Shown here one piece after another: positions 11,270 through 20,899 of a stretch of 64,000 nucleotides of DNA. Location: positions 292,866-356,865 of the IMG/VR virus record IMGVR_UViG_3300027759_004177. One strand, 5' to 3'. A model generated the notes under the pieces. That model was not told the origin of the DNA, made no database searches, and saw nothing but the letters and a program-made list of their open reading frames with translations. The position numbers and the translations under genes were made by a program. Numbering within the stretch: position 1 is the stretch's first letter; every line of letters begins with the position of its first letter.

Positions 11270-12616
11270 ATGGCACGAGGAATCTTTCAAAAAATCAATG
11301 GTATATGGAAGCGGGTAATTGCTCCGTCGTATAAAGATAATGGCACGTGGAAATCCGTGCAAAAAGGATTTGTTAAACGAGACGGAGTTTGGCAACAGTT
11401 CTACCCCAGCGATGTCATTGCTGATATATTGGTAGTAGGTGGAGGCGGCGGTGGTGGAGTTGGTTATGGATATGAAGGCGGTGGTGGTGGCGGAGCCGGC
11501 GGAGTTGTATTCCAGGAAGATCAAACTTTATCGGTACTAAACGGCAACAACTACACAATTAAAGTTGGCACAGGTGGCGGCGCCAATGAATCAGGCACAT
11601 ACAGCCTATTTGGCACAGGTGGTATCACATTAACAAACACAGTAACTCCGGCTGTGTACGCAGGCACATACCCAGCGTACAATGGATTTTTAAACACATA
11701 CGGAGTCTGGACTCATCCAGGCATGGCTGGTGCTGCCGTTGGCACAGTATCAGCTACATACACCACACAGATACAAACAGGTCAAGATTACACTTTACGA
11801 GTCAGTGCCGACAATGCTATAGATGTTAGCATCGACGGCAACGCAGTTGGGTCAAATGGCGATTGGGGAACATATAACGATTATCGTGTAACATTAGCAT
11901 TTGGCGTTCATACTATAGTTTGTACAGCAACAAACTGGGGCGGCCCTGCCATGTTTGCTGCAGCACTATATGATCCACAGGAACGAGTGGTTTGGGATAC
12001 CAGAGCACCTATAAATTACCCTGTTGTTGTTGTAGAAAGCGGAATCACTGCATTGGGTGGCGGTAATGGCGGTTGGGGGACTTCCAATCAGACAGCAGGC
12101 TCGGGAGCCAGCGGTGGCGGCGGGTGCGGATTTGTGTATACACATGAAGGTGGCGCAGGATATCCAGGACAAGGATATGAAGGCGGTACAGGAATATGGC
12201 AAGGATTTGGCCAAGCTGGGGGTGGCGGTGGTGGTGGATTTGCTGGCGCCGGACAAGGTAGTAACGGATTTGCTGGCGGAGCAGGCGGACCCGGAATTAC
12301 TATATTGGGATTTAGTGTAGGCGGTGGCGGTGGTGGTGGCTATGGAAATCGAAGCCCATATGGTAGTGGTCCAGGCGGTCCGGGAGGCTCCGGCGGCGGA
12401 GGCGATGGAAACGGTGTAGATGCACAAGCCAATACTGGTGGCGGCGGTGGTGGTGGTCTGCACGGGGGTCAAACATCGGGTGGGCGTGGTGGCGATGGTA
12501 TTGTAGTGGTACAATATGCCGGTGCACCAGCATTTACAGGTGGTACAATTACCTATGATAACGGAATAACCACACATGTTTTCACTTCTAGCGGTTCGCT
12601 AACAGCATTAGGATAA
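11270..12616 (+). CDS. Glycine-rich fibre tip/adhesin-like protein
   Basis: N-terminal KINGIWK...KDNGTWK...KRDGVWQ repeats, many polyglycine runs, and a non-Gly beta-rich insert (~aa 120-255). Confidence 0.65.
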   Translation: MARGIFQKINGIWKRVIAPSYKDNGTWKSVQKGFVKRDGVWQQFYPSDVIADILVVGGGGGGGVGYGYEGGGGGGAGGVVFQEDQTLSVLNGNNYTIKVGTGGGANESGTYSLFGTGGITLTNTVTPAVYAGTYPAYNGFLNTYGVWTHPGMAGAAVGTVSATYTTQIQTGQDYTLRVSADNAIDVSIDGNAVGSNGDWGTYNDYRVTLAFGVHTIVCTATNWGGPAMFAAALYDPQERVVWDTRAPINYPVVVVESGITALGGGNGGWGTSNQTAGSGASGGGGCGFVYTHEGGAGYPGQGYEGGTGIWQGFGQAGGGGGGGFAGAGQGSNGFAGGAGGPGITILGFSVGGGGGGGYGNRSPYGSGPGGPGGSGGGGDGNGVDAQANTGGGGGGGLHGGQTSGGRGGDGIVVVQYAGAPAFTGGTITYDNGITTHVFTSSGSLTALG

Positions 12617-12623
12617 TATTGGC

Positions 12624-12631
12624 GATAAATA
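12624..12631 (+). promoter_or_regulatory. T4-late-promoter-like box GATAAATA
   Basis: Intergenic, 27 nt upstream of a fibre gene. Identical or similar boxes at 9000, 14624, 16665 (+) and 46357, 55406, 62050 (-). Confidence 0.55.
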
Positions 12632-12657
12632 AGTTAATATAATTAAGAAATTACAAT

Positions 12658-14628
12658 ATGCCATATCAAATTAACAAAACAGACGGAACGGTATTAACAA
12701 CAATTGCCGATGGAACTAGAGATACTACTACTAGTTTGAGTCTAGCTGGCCCAAATTTTGTTGGATATGGAGAATACTTGAATGAAAATCTAGTAGGTTT
12801 ACTAGAAAATTTTGCCAGTAACACAGCCCCAAGTTCGGTCAATTTGCAGGGACAGTTATGGTACGATAAGAATGCACAGATTCTAAAAGTTTTCACACCA
12901 CAAGGTTATGTGGCAGTTTCGGGAGTTACAAACTCAGGTAGCCAACCAGCCCTGGGCAAAAACGGTGATATCTGGTTTAACACATCCACTGAGCAAATGT
13001 ACGTGTACGACAACAGTGGAACAACACCAGGATTTAAAATTGTAGGTCCTGCATATACCAAACAGCAAGGTGTCAGCGGAGCAGTCCCCGTTACTGTAGA
13101 AGATGGTTCAATCAGTGGCACATATCATAATATTTTAAAACTACAGTATGGCAACGTAACCTATGCCACTGTCAGTGCAGATTCTGCATTCTTACCAACA
13201 CCGGCTATTCCAGGTTTTAGTTTTGTCAATCCTGGAATCACATTCAGTAGCAATGTAAATAATCCCACTGTCAATGCCAATGTTATAACCGGTGGCGCCA
13301 GTGGTTTGGTCATGGTAGATATCGTCAATCGTCAATTGCAAGGAACCTTACACGGCAACGTGGTAGCCACAACATTGAGTGGTACATTAACTGGCAATGT
13401 CATTGGTAATTTAACTGGTAATGTAGTGGCCACAACGCTACGCGGTAACCTAACTGGTAATGTTTCTGCAACAGTTACATATTCCGCAAACTTCAGTAGC
13501 GGCAATGCTGTAATCACTGGCGGATATGCACAAAATTTAACTAATGTGTCAGCCGCAATTGGTACCATAACAACATTATCTAGTACTACCGGTCAAGCAA
13601 CCAACTTTAGCTCAAGCAATGTTTTAGTCACCGGTGGTGCAGTTACAGGACTACTTAACTTTTCAACCTTGGTTGGACAAAGTACAAACTTTAGCAGTGG
13701 TAACATACGTGTGACTGGTGGTAGTGCTACAGGATTGCTTAATTTTTCAACTTCCTATGGTCAAAGCACAAACTTTAGCTCAAGCAACATTTTGGTCACC
13801 GGCGGTAGTGCTACAGGATTGACTAATTTCTCAGCCACAACAGGACAAGCAACTAATTTTAGTTCGGATAATATTTCGGTTACCGGTGGAAGCGCCACAG
13901 GACTAACCGCATACAGTGGCACAACTGGTCAAGCAACCAACTTTAGCTCAAGTAATATTTTGGTTAGTGGTGGCAATGTGTCGGGTGTCGCTGGCGTCAA
14001 TAACACATTTACGTTGGCTAACTTGGTTACTTCAGTGGCTACAACAAAAACTGCCAATGATAACACTACAGCAGTAGCCACAACAGCATTTGTACACGCA
14101 GTTTTACCCACTGGTATAATTGTGATGTGGAACAGCACAGCAGCCAGCATACCTGCAGGATGGCAGTTATGTAACGGTAGTAATGGAACTCCAGACCTGC
14201 GTGGACAATTTGTTGTGGGCGCCGGTGGCTCGTACACACCAGGCGACACAGGCGGCGCATCTTCAGTAACTTTAAGTGCCAATGCCATGCCAATACATAC
14301 ACACGAATTAACAGGATCGCTAACAACTGGATCAGCTGGTGGCCATACACATACAGTGAATGATCCTGGACATGCACACACTATAGACGGTCTTAATATT
14401 ACAAGTGGTGCAGGTGCTCAGTCGGGTTCAGGTTTTAACACAAGTGCAGCTACATTTAATACATCATCGGCCAGCACAAGCATTCAGATTAATGCTGCAT
14501 TAGATCACACACATTCATTAACTTTGAGTGGAAATACTCAAAGCACAGGCGGTACCGGCGGAACTACGCAACCGCACGAAAATCGTCCTCCGTACTACGC
14601 CCTATGTTACATCCAGAAAATGTACTAA
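12658..14628 (+). CDS. Tail fibre-like protein 2 with tail-collar domain
   Basis: Shared fibre N-terminus, 28-aa tandem repeats, and a collar motif (PTGIIVMW...IPAGWQLCNGSNGTPDLRGQFVVGAG...HTH...ENRPPYYALCYIQK). Confidence 0.8.
   Translation: MPYQINKTDGTVLTTIADGTRDTTTSLSLAGPNFVGYGEYLNENLVGLLENFASNTAPSSVNLQGQLWYDKNAQILKVFTPQGYVAVSGVTNSGSQPALGKNGDIWFNTSTEQMYVYDNSGTTPGFKIVGPAYTKQQGVSGAVPVTVEDGSISGTYHNILKLQYGNVTYATVSADSAFLPTPAIPGFSFVNPGITFSSNVNNPTVNANVITGGASGLVMVDIVNRQLQGTLHGNVVATTLSGTLTGNVIGNLTGNVVATTLRGNLTGNVSATVTYSANFSSGNAVITGGYAQNLTNVSAAIGTITTLSSTTGQATNFSSSNVLVTGGAVTGLLNFSTLVGQSTNFSSGNIRVTGGSATGLLNFSTSYGQSTNFSSSNILVTGGSATGLTNFSATTGQATNFSSDNISVTGGSATGLTAYSGTTGQATNFSSSNILVSGGNVSGVAGVNNTFTLANLVTSVATTKTANDNTTAVATTAFVHAVLPTGIIVMWNSTAASIPAGWQLCNGSNGTPDLRGQFVVGAGGSYTPGDTGGASSVTLSANAMPIHTHELTGSLTTGSAGGHTHTVNDPGHAHTIDGLNITSGAGAQSGSGFNTSAATFNTSSASTSIQINAALDHTHSLTLSGNTQSTGGTGGTTQPHENRPPYYALCYIQKMY
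13591..13975 (+). repeat. Five coding tandem repeats of 84 nt (28 aa), consensus GQ(A/S)TNFSSxNIxVTGGSATGLxNFSxxx
   Basis: Repeat starts at 13591, 13675, 13759, 13843 and 13927, exactly 84 nt apart. Confidence 0.9.
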
Positions 14629-14656
14629 ATACTAAGATAATCAAAGCGAAAAAAAC

Positions 14657-16651
14657 ATGGCATACACAATTAATTTAACCAATGGTACAGAAATAGTCGC
14701 AGGCGGTCTTTCCGACGGCTCTGTAGATACCAGTGCCACCAGTTTAACTCTAATTGGTAAAAACTATGCTGGCTACGGCGAAATTCTAAACGAAAATCTA
14801 GTGCACCTACTGGAAAATTTTGCCAGTCCAAATTCGGGTGCCACTTCAGGCCCACCCAATCCTTTAGCCGGACAGCTTTGGTGGGACACAACCAATAACA
14901 TTTTACGTGTGTATTCGGGCACAAGCTGGAAAATTTCAACTGGTGCTACCAGTGCTCCATTTTCAAGCCCTCCGGGAGATTTAAGTGCTCTAGGCGGGGA
15001 CTTATGGTTTGATAGTACCAATCAACAGTTAAAAATATACTCTGGAGCCAATTGGGTAACAGTAGGTCCTGCTGCAACACCGGTCACAGGTGACACAGGT
15101 GCTTTCCCGAGTGTAATGACAGATACACTGGGCGGTAGCCATATTGTTACACAGATTAGAATTGCTGGTGTTCCTTATATGATCGTCAGCAAAGACACTT
15201 TTCCCAGTGCCCTAGCAGGATTCAGCACAGTTAGAGCTGGTATTAATTTTAGTACTATTGCCAGTCCAGTTATGGGCATCAACACACAAGATATCAATGC
15301 CACGGCCAGCACCTTGGTCCAACGCGACTCATCTGCAGGCATCACTGGTGCTGGAATTACAGGTACAATATTGACTGGTACCAACTACATTACTTCGCCA
15401 ACTGTTATTGCGACAACCTCATTCAATGGAAATATTGCCGGCAATGTTACCGCAGACCTAGTAGAAGCAAGCACTATTCGTGCGTCTGGTATCAGTGCTA
15501 CGGGAGGATACACAGGCACACTATTGACTGCCAGCCAACCAAACGTGACCGGACTTGGCACTCTTACTGCACTCAATGTTAATGGCAACGTGGCCATAAC
15601 TGCTGCAAGTGCCATACTCAACGGCAGTCCAATTGCTAGAATTGGCGATCCTGCCAACTTTAGTTCTATCAACAGCACACCAATTGGCAATGCTGTGCCC
15701 AGTACCGGAGCATTTACCACACTAACAGCATCGGCCCTGACCACAACAGCGGCATTGACATCCAATGGTACTATTATTGCCAGTACTGTACAGGCTGGAA
15801 CCATTGGTAATTCAGGCGCAGTACTGTTTGGCACATTGAACTCATCAAGTGCAAGCCAGCCTAACCTTACCACAGCATCAGCTTTGGTCAGCGTGGGCAA
15901 CGTTACTACTGGTACATGGAGTGCTACCACAGTACAACCACAATATGGTGGTACAGGCGTCAACAATGGCACAAGAACAATTACCCTGGGCGGTAGCCTA
16001 ACAACCACAGCCGCTTGGACACTTAATCAAAACGTTGAAATTAATTCTAGCCCAACCTTGCGTGGCACAAACTTTAACAGCATTCCAAATGGTGCTTTGA
16101 TCAACAGCGGTATTGTTATCAACGGAATCAGTGTAGCTCTAGGCGGTACCTATAGTCAAACTTTAGTATCGAGTGTTACAGGAACAGCCAATCAAGTTAT
16201 TACCAGTGCGGCATCAGGAAACATTACTCTAAGCACACCACAAGATATTGGAACAGCGAGTAGCGTACGATTTGGTAGTTTGGGCATTGGTACAGCAGCT
16301 TCAGGAACCACCGGTGAAATACGTGCCACCAATAACGTAGTTGCTTATTACTCAGACGATAGACTAAAAACTCGTTTGGGTCGAATTGAAAACGCCCTGG
16401 ACAAGATATGTAGTTTGGAAGGTTTCTACTATGAAGCCAATCAAACTGCACAAGATTTGGGTTACGCTGTTCAACGTGAAATGGGTATCAGTGCCCAAAG
16501 CACACAATTGGTAGCACCCGAAATTGTTAAACCGGCTCCGATCGACGACCGGTATTTGACCGTACAATACGAGCGTCTTGCTCCGTTGATCATTGAAGCC
16601 ATCAAAGAGTTACGTGTTGAAATTGATGCTTTGAAAGCAAAAATTAAATAA
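14657..16651 (+). CDS. Tail fibre-like protein 3 with C-terminal intramolecular chaperone (peptidase S74-like)
   Basis: Shared fibre N-terminus. C-terminus YYSDDRLKT...ALDKICSLEGFYY...GISAQ...YERLAPLIIEAIKEL is the pattern of the autocleaving chaperone. Confidence 0.8.
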   Translation: MAYTINLTNGTEIVAGGLSDGSVDTSATSLTLIGKNYAGYGEILNENLVHLLENFASPNSGATSGPPNPLAGQLWWDTTNNILRVYSGTSWKISTGATSAPFSSPPGDLSALGGDLWFDSTNQQLKIYSGANWVTVGPAATPVTGDTGAFPSVMTDTLGGSHIVTQIRIAGVPYMIVSKDTFPSALAGFSTVRAGINFSTIASPVMGINTQDINATASTLVQRDSSAGITGAGITGTILTGTNYITSPTVIATTSFNGNIAGNVTADLVEASTIRASGISATGGYTGTLLTASQPNVTGLGTLTALNVNGNVAITAASAILNGSPIARIGDPANFSSINSTPIGNAVPSTGAFTTLTASALTTTAALTSNGTIIASTVQAGTIGNSGAVLFGTLNSSSASQPNLTTASALVSVGNVTTGTWSATTVQPQYGGTGVNNGTRTITLGGSLTTTAAWTLNQNVEINSSPTLRGTNFNSIPNGALINSGIVINGISVALGGTYSQTLVSSVTGTANQVITSAASGNITLSTPQDIGTASSVRFGSLGIGTAASGTTGEIRATNNVVAYYSDDRLKTRLGRIENALDKICSLEGFYYEANQTAQDLGYAVQREMGISAQSTQLVAPEIVKPAPIDDRYLTVQYERLAPLIIEAIKELRVEIDALKAKIK

Positions 16652-16692
16652 AACACTACAAAAAGATAAGTAATATAAACAGGAAATAAACT

Positions 16693-17688
16693 ATGAGTTA
16701 TGCACAAGGTGATATAATTGATGCCTCAGACTATAATAATCTGATAGGAACGGACCCTAGCAGTACCACCAATCGTATCAACACCATATGGGCCACGGGT
16801 TCAGGAAGTGCCGGATATGGACAAACCGCTATAAGCCAGGTCAGCACTGGCGGTGTGGTCACAGCCACACAATGGGCCAGTTTAATTAACACCTTAAACA
16901 GTATCAGAACACACCAAACGGGCTCTGGGTCAGGTATTACCGCAGTTGTATCTGGTAACAAAATTGATTTTTTAAGTAACCTAACCACAGTGATTGCTGC
17001 TGGATACACTTCAAGATTGGCATTTGCCTCAAACTCTGCTGTAACTGCAGCCGTGGGCGGTACCCTAAGCACAGCATGGACAGTAACAGTTACCCCTCCC
17101 GGCTCAAATCCCCCCGCTGGCGGATCCAGCATAACCAGTGTGACTAGAGGATTTGGCACTAGATGTACTTTTGCCAGCGCCGATCAAGCACGTTACTTCT
17201 TCAATGCTGGTGGCCGTTTAAAATTAAATCTCAGTGCTACACAAAACTCTAGTACTACTGCTCGTACCAATGAAATTATTAGTTTGGTGGGTTTTGCTGG
17301 TGGCGTAGCCACATTTGGTGCCAACACCAATGGCGGTCGTACTGGCGCAGGTGCCACATTGGTCACCAATGATACCACCGACGGCTACTGGACCAGCACA
17401 TTCAATTCCAATAACACCATTATTGATATTACCAGCACCACAACCAACTACACATCAGACAAAATTTATGTTTATGTAAATCCCAATGGTAACCAAGGCA
17501 GCTACAACGGCAACGGCGCCAATGTAGATTTTTGGACTGTTATCCAAACCTTCTCTGGTGGCGACAACGGTACCTACAGTTTTGATGACTCATTTGGTGT
17601 CAACGTGATTCGAACCGTTGATATTAGCTGGCCAGAAACCACAAACCTAAGTAATACCTGGGGTGCGGTAACAGTTACTTCAATTTAA
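16693..17688 (+). CDS. Putative virion structural protein
   Basis: 331 aa, Thr/Ser/Gly-rich, with an ARYFFNAGG motif. It has SD AGGA and an upstream GATAAGTA box, and is the last gene of the structural block. Confidence 0.55.
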   Translation: MSYAQGDIIDASDYNNLIGTDPSSTTNRINTIWATGSGSAGYGQTAISQVSTGGVVTATQWASLINTLNSIRTHQTGSGSGITAVVSGNKIDFLSNLTTVIAAGYTSRLAFASNSAVTAAVGGTLSTAWTVTVTPPGSNPPAGGSSITSVTRGFGTRCTFASADQARYFFNAGGRLKLNLSATQNSSTTARTNEIISLVGFAGGVATFGANTNGGRTGAGATLVTNDTTDGYWTSTFNSNNTIIDITSTTTNYTSDKIYVYVNPNGNQGSYNGNGANVDFWTVIQTFSGGDNGTYSFDDSFGVNVIRTVDISWPETTNLSNTWGAVTVTSI

Positions 17689-17706
17689 TTTTCCTAGTCA
17701 ACCCAG

Positions 17707-17735
17707 TTGACAAACCGGCATAGTTAGTGTAAACT
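17707..17735 (+). promoter_or_regulatory. Sigma70-type promoter for the modification cluster
   Basis: TTGACA (17707-17712), 17-nt spacer, TAAACT (17730-17735), upstream of ATG 17767. Confidence 0.65.
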
Positions 17736-17750
17736 ATACTATGCCTTTAT
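17717..17750 (+). terminator. Hairpin with GTAA tetraloop followed by a T-rich tract; possible terminator of the structural operon
   Basis: GGCATAGT-TAGT-[GTAA]-ACTA-T-ACTATGCC forms 12 bp with one bulge, then TTTATTCT. It lies 29 nt after the stop at 17688. Confidence 0.5.
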
Positions 17751-17766
17751 TCTATCCATTTTAACT

Positions 17767-18081
17767 ATGTCAGATATCAATCAACTTGTCGAGCAAGTGC
17801 GTCTTGCCACAGATTATCAAATCAACAAACAAATCTTACGTGAAAAGATCCTAACAGATCTGCATGTTGCCCATAACGGCGGGCTATTTTTTGTTACCAC
17901 AGAGTTGATCGGCTTTTTAACCACATGGCCAGATGATACAGTATACCTTGAAGATACTTATCACAATCCCATTGAAGTTGACCGAATTGAATTGTTGACT
18001 TTGTGTAGAGAACACTATCAAAAAGTAATGAACCGCTGGCATCAAGAACATGCAAAACTCAAACAGATCAGAAAAATCTAG
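17767..18081 (+). CDS. Hypothetical protein
   Basis: 104-aa ORF, first gene after the promoter, overlapping the next gene. Confidence 0.6.
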   Translation: MSDINQLVEQVRLATDYQINKQILREKILTDLHVAHNGGLFFVTTELIGFLTTWPDDTVYLEDTYHNPIEVDRIELLTLCREHYQKVMNRWHQEHAKLKQIRKI

Positions 18082-18835
18082 AGGTATTGTTGCGTTTGCT
18101 ATCAACACAGCAACCACAGACTATGCCAGCATAGCCCAGCAAACTGTTGCCTTGGCTGCTCGGGTATTAGATTTACCTTATACCATTGTCACCGAAGATC
18201 ATATGGCCCGTATGAATTGGCACAACTATAGACATGATGTAGATCTTGGCCACGAAGTTGAATGGAAAAATTTTGGTCGCAATCTCTGCTATGAGTTGAG
18301 TCCATATGATGAAACCCTGGTCATTGATGTAGACTATGTGGTACAAGATGCTGGACTATTAAAAATATTTGATTTGCCGTGGGACTACTTGTTACAACGA
18401 TCAGCTAGAAGTTTAAATGATGAGTATGTGCCTGAGGTTATGGGTGCTCACAGTTTGCCTTATGTGTGGGCCACGGTGTTTGCATTTAGAAAAACTAGCC
18501 GTGCCAAAACATTTTTTGATTTGGTGCAGAGAATTGAAGCCAACTATCACTATTATAGAGAATTGTTTAATGCGGAAAGTAGGAGTTATAGAAACGATTA
18601 TGCATTTGCCATGGCCGATGTAATACTAAATGGATTTGCTGTTTCCGATGTCAGTATACCAGGACCCATGCTCAACATACTACAACCCGTTGAATCAATG
18701 ACCGTGCAAGGCAATCGAATAGTTATTAAAGACCGACAAACTGCTTATGTGGTGCCAAGGATGAACATGCATGTGATGGGCAAAGCATATCTACAAAGCG
18801 AAAACTTCAAAGAATTTATAAATGCCGCAACATAA
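18050..18835 (+). CDS. Glycosyltransferase-like protein (GT-A fold)
   Basis: SRGIVAFA N-terminal strand, ELSPYDETLVIDVDY (DxD-type motif), WATVFAF, YRNDYAFA. Confidence 0.6.
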   Translation: MQNSNRSEKSRGIVAFAINTATTDYASIAQQTVALAARVLDLPYTIVTEDHMARMNWHNYRHDVDLGHEVEWKNFGRNLCYELSPYDETLVIDVDYVVQDAGLLKIFDLPWDYLLQRSARSLNDEYVPEVMGAHSLPYVWATVFAFRKTSRAKTFFDLVQRIEANYHYYRELFNAESRSYRNDYAFAMADVILNGFAVSDVSIPGPMLNILQPVESMTVQGNRIVIKDRQTAYVVPRMNMHVMGKAYLQSENFKEFINAAT

Positions 18836-19673
18836 AGAACAACAAGGATTTGTAACCTTTGCACAAAATACACAGGATACAGACTATCTTGACTTGGCCT
18901 ATGTACAAGCATTAAATATTAAAGCAACACAAAAGAATAATCGGTACGCAGTCATTGTTGATGCTGCTACCCGGGAGAAAGTAAATGAACGCCATCATCG
19001 TGTTTTTGATTATATCATTGATTTGCCCGTGGATCATAATGAGCCTACCAGTGCTAGGAAGTTTGCTAACGAATGGCAAGTGTTTCGTCTCACGCCATTT
19101 AAAGAAACTATCAAGTTAGAATCGGACTTGTTGTTTACACGCACGATTGATCATTGGTGGATAGCATTTAGATTAAAGAACGTTTGTCTAAGTACAGGCT
19201 GTAAAAATTATCAGGGAATTAACAGCACCATTCGAAAATATAGAGAACTGTTTGATGCAAACCATTTGCCTGATGTATATAATGGCCTGATGTATTTTAG
19301 ATTCAGTCAAGAAGCCAAACAATTCTTTGAAGCCGCACAGTATATACAAATGAATTGGTCTTATGTACGTACCGGACTTAAACAATGTATGGAAGATCGG
19401 CCCAGCACAGATGTATTGTATGCACTGGCCGCATCAATGGTTGGCCAAGAAACATGCACAATGCCCAGCATGGACTTCTTAAATTTCGTACACCTAAAAC
19501 CCGCAATCAATGGTGTGGAAGAAACTGTACCGGTAACTGATCAATTGGTTACAGAATTTGATCGTGGTATGATACGTATCAACAACGTAAATCAATTACA
19601 ACCCATACATTATTTTGAAAAAGATTTTGTAACAGCAGAAATGAAGGAGTGGTATGAGTCCAGAAATTGTTGA
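18822..19673 (+). CDS. Glycosyltransferase-like protein (GT-A fold), paralogue of ORF 18050
   Basis: QQGFVTFAQN, LTPFKETIKLESDLL, YNGLMYF, STDVLYALAA, HLKP. Confidence 0.6.
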   Translation: MPQHKEQQGFVTFAQNTQDTDYLDLAYVQALNIKATQKNNRYAVIVDAATREKVNERHHRVFDYIIDLPVDHNEPTSARKFANEWQVFRLTPFKETIKLESDLLFTRTIDHWWIAFRLKNVCLSTGCKNYQGINSTIRKYRELFDANHLPDVYNGLMYFRFSQEAKQFFEAAQYIQMNWSYVRTGLKQCMEDRPSTDVLYALAASMVGQETCTMPSMDFLNFVHLKPAINGVEETVPVTDQLVTEFDRGMIRINNVNQLQPIHYFEKDFVTAEMKEWYESRNC

Positions 19674-20022
19674 AGCATTGCGGTTAGTTGAAGAATACGA
19701 TCGTCAACGTCCCAAACTGACAACAGAGTTTAGGATATACCATGACGAAGAAGGTCGAGTCACCATGTATTGTGAAACTGCTCATCCCGACGATACCAAC
19801 TACATTGTGATAGACAATCCTGATATGTTTTTTAAAACCAATACTGGTAGGTTGCGTGTAATCGATGGAGAATTAAAGATTATCGACACACGACCAACAC
19901 GAACACATCTTGCAAAAAGCACTACAGGACAACCAGTAGTACGAGGCATGGCTGCACTGGCATTAACGCCCACAGAAGAATATCAAGACATAGAATATTA
20001 TGACAGAAAAACAATTAATTGA
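19654..20022 (+). CDS. Hypothetical protein
   Basis: 122-aa ORF overlapping both neighbours. Confidence 0.6.
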   Translation: MSPEIVEALRLVEEYDRQRPKLTTEFRIYHDEEGRVTMYCETAHPDDTNYIVIDNPDMFFKTNTGRLRVIDGELKIIDTRPTRTHLAKSTTGQPVVRGMAALALTPTEEYQDIEYYDRKTIN

Positions 20023-20899
20023 CGTTGCAGACTTAGACTGCATCTATCTAACATATGACGAACCAAACAAAGAAACAAACTGGATCCGGATACAAAACAT
20101 GGTCCCGTGGGCCAAAAGAGTAGACGGAGTTAAAGGCAGTGACGCAGCTCACAAAGCGGCTGCAGACGCTAGCGACACAGACCGTTTTATTCTTATTGAT
20201 GGTGACAACGTTCCAGATCCTGAATTTTTCAATTTACAACTGGCCCTTGACAAAACCAATGACTCTTGCGTTTTTCGTTGGAGGGCTCGCAATGCCGTTA
20301 ACGGACTGATGTATGGCAATGGTGGTATGAGTTCGTGGACTCGAGAGTTTAGCTATGCTATGCGTACACACGAAGCAACAGACGGCTCTGCAGAGAATGA
20401 TGTAGAGTTTTGTTTTTATCCCAACTACTGGGCTATGAATGATTGCTACTCAACCACGTATCCCAATGCAACACCTTATCAAGCATGGCGAGCCGGCTTC
20501 CGAGAAGGCGTTAAGATGGCCCTGGATCGTGGAGCAAAGATTTCCATGCAAGAATTTGAAAGTCGTGTTAATACTCGTAACTATGACAACTTATGCATCT
20601 GGCAAAGTGTGGGTAGCGATGCAGAGCACGGTTTTTGGGCCATATACGGTGCCAGACTTGGTACATATATGATGATGTTGGAGGGCTGGGATCATCGACA
20701 GGTACAGGACTTTGATGTGTTGGCAATGTTGTGGAGAAACTTTGAACAAGATGGCCCAGACCAATGTCGTAGCGTAGGAGATATCTTACGCACACGACTA
20801 GGCTTGCCTATTGTGGACATGGATCCTGAAGAAAGCCGATTCTTCAAACATCATTATAAATCAATGTTTAAAAATCAAGGTCCCATGGTCAGAGAATGA
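20000..20899 (+). CDS. Glycosyltransferase-like protein (GT-A-like)
   Basis: CIYLTYDEP, VDGVKGSDAAHKAAA, FILIDGDN (DxD), NGLMYGNGG, AWRAGFREGVK; paralogous to the C-terminal domain of ORF 39064. Confidence 0.55.
   Translation: MTEKQLIDVADLDCIYLTYDEPNKETNWIRIQNMVPWAKRVDGVKGSDAAHKAAADASDTDRFILIDGDNVPDPEFFNLQLALDKTNDSCVFRWRARNAVNGLMYGNGGMSSWTREFSYAMRTHEATDGSAENDVEFCFYPNYWAMNDCYSTTYPNATPYQAWRAGFREGVKMALDRGAKISMQEFESRVNTRNYDNLCIWQSVGSDAEHGFWAIYGARLGTYMMMLEGWDHRQVQDFDVLAMLWRNFEQDGPDQCRSVGDILRTRLGLPIVDMDPEESRFFKHHYKSMFKNQGPMVRE

Noticed and set aside
11966-12577. 203-aa antisense ORF (and the 207-aa one at 15385-16008)
   Set aside because: Shadows of Gly/Thr/Ala-biased fibre genes, with low-complexity translations and no RBS or motif.
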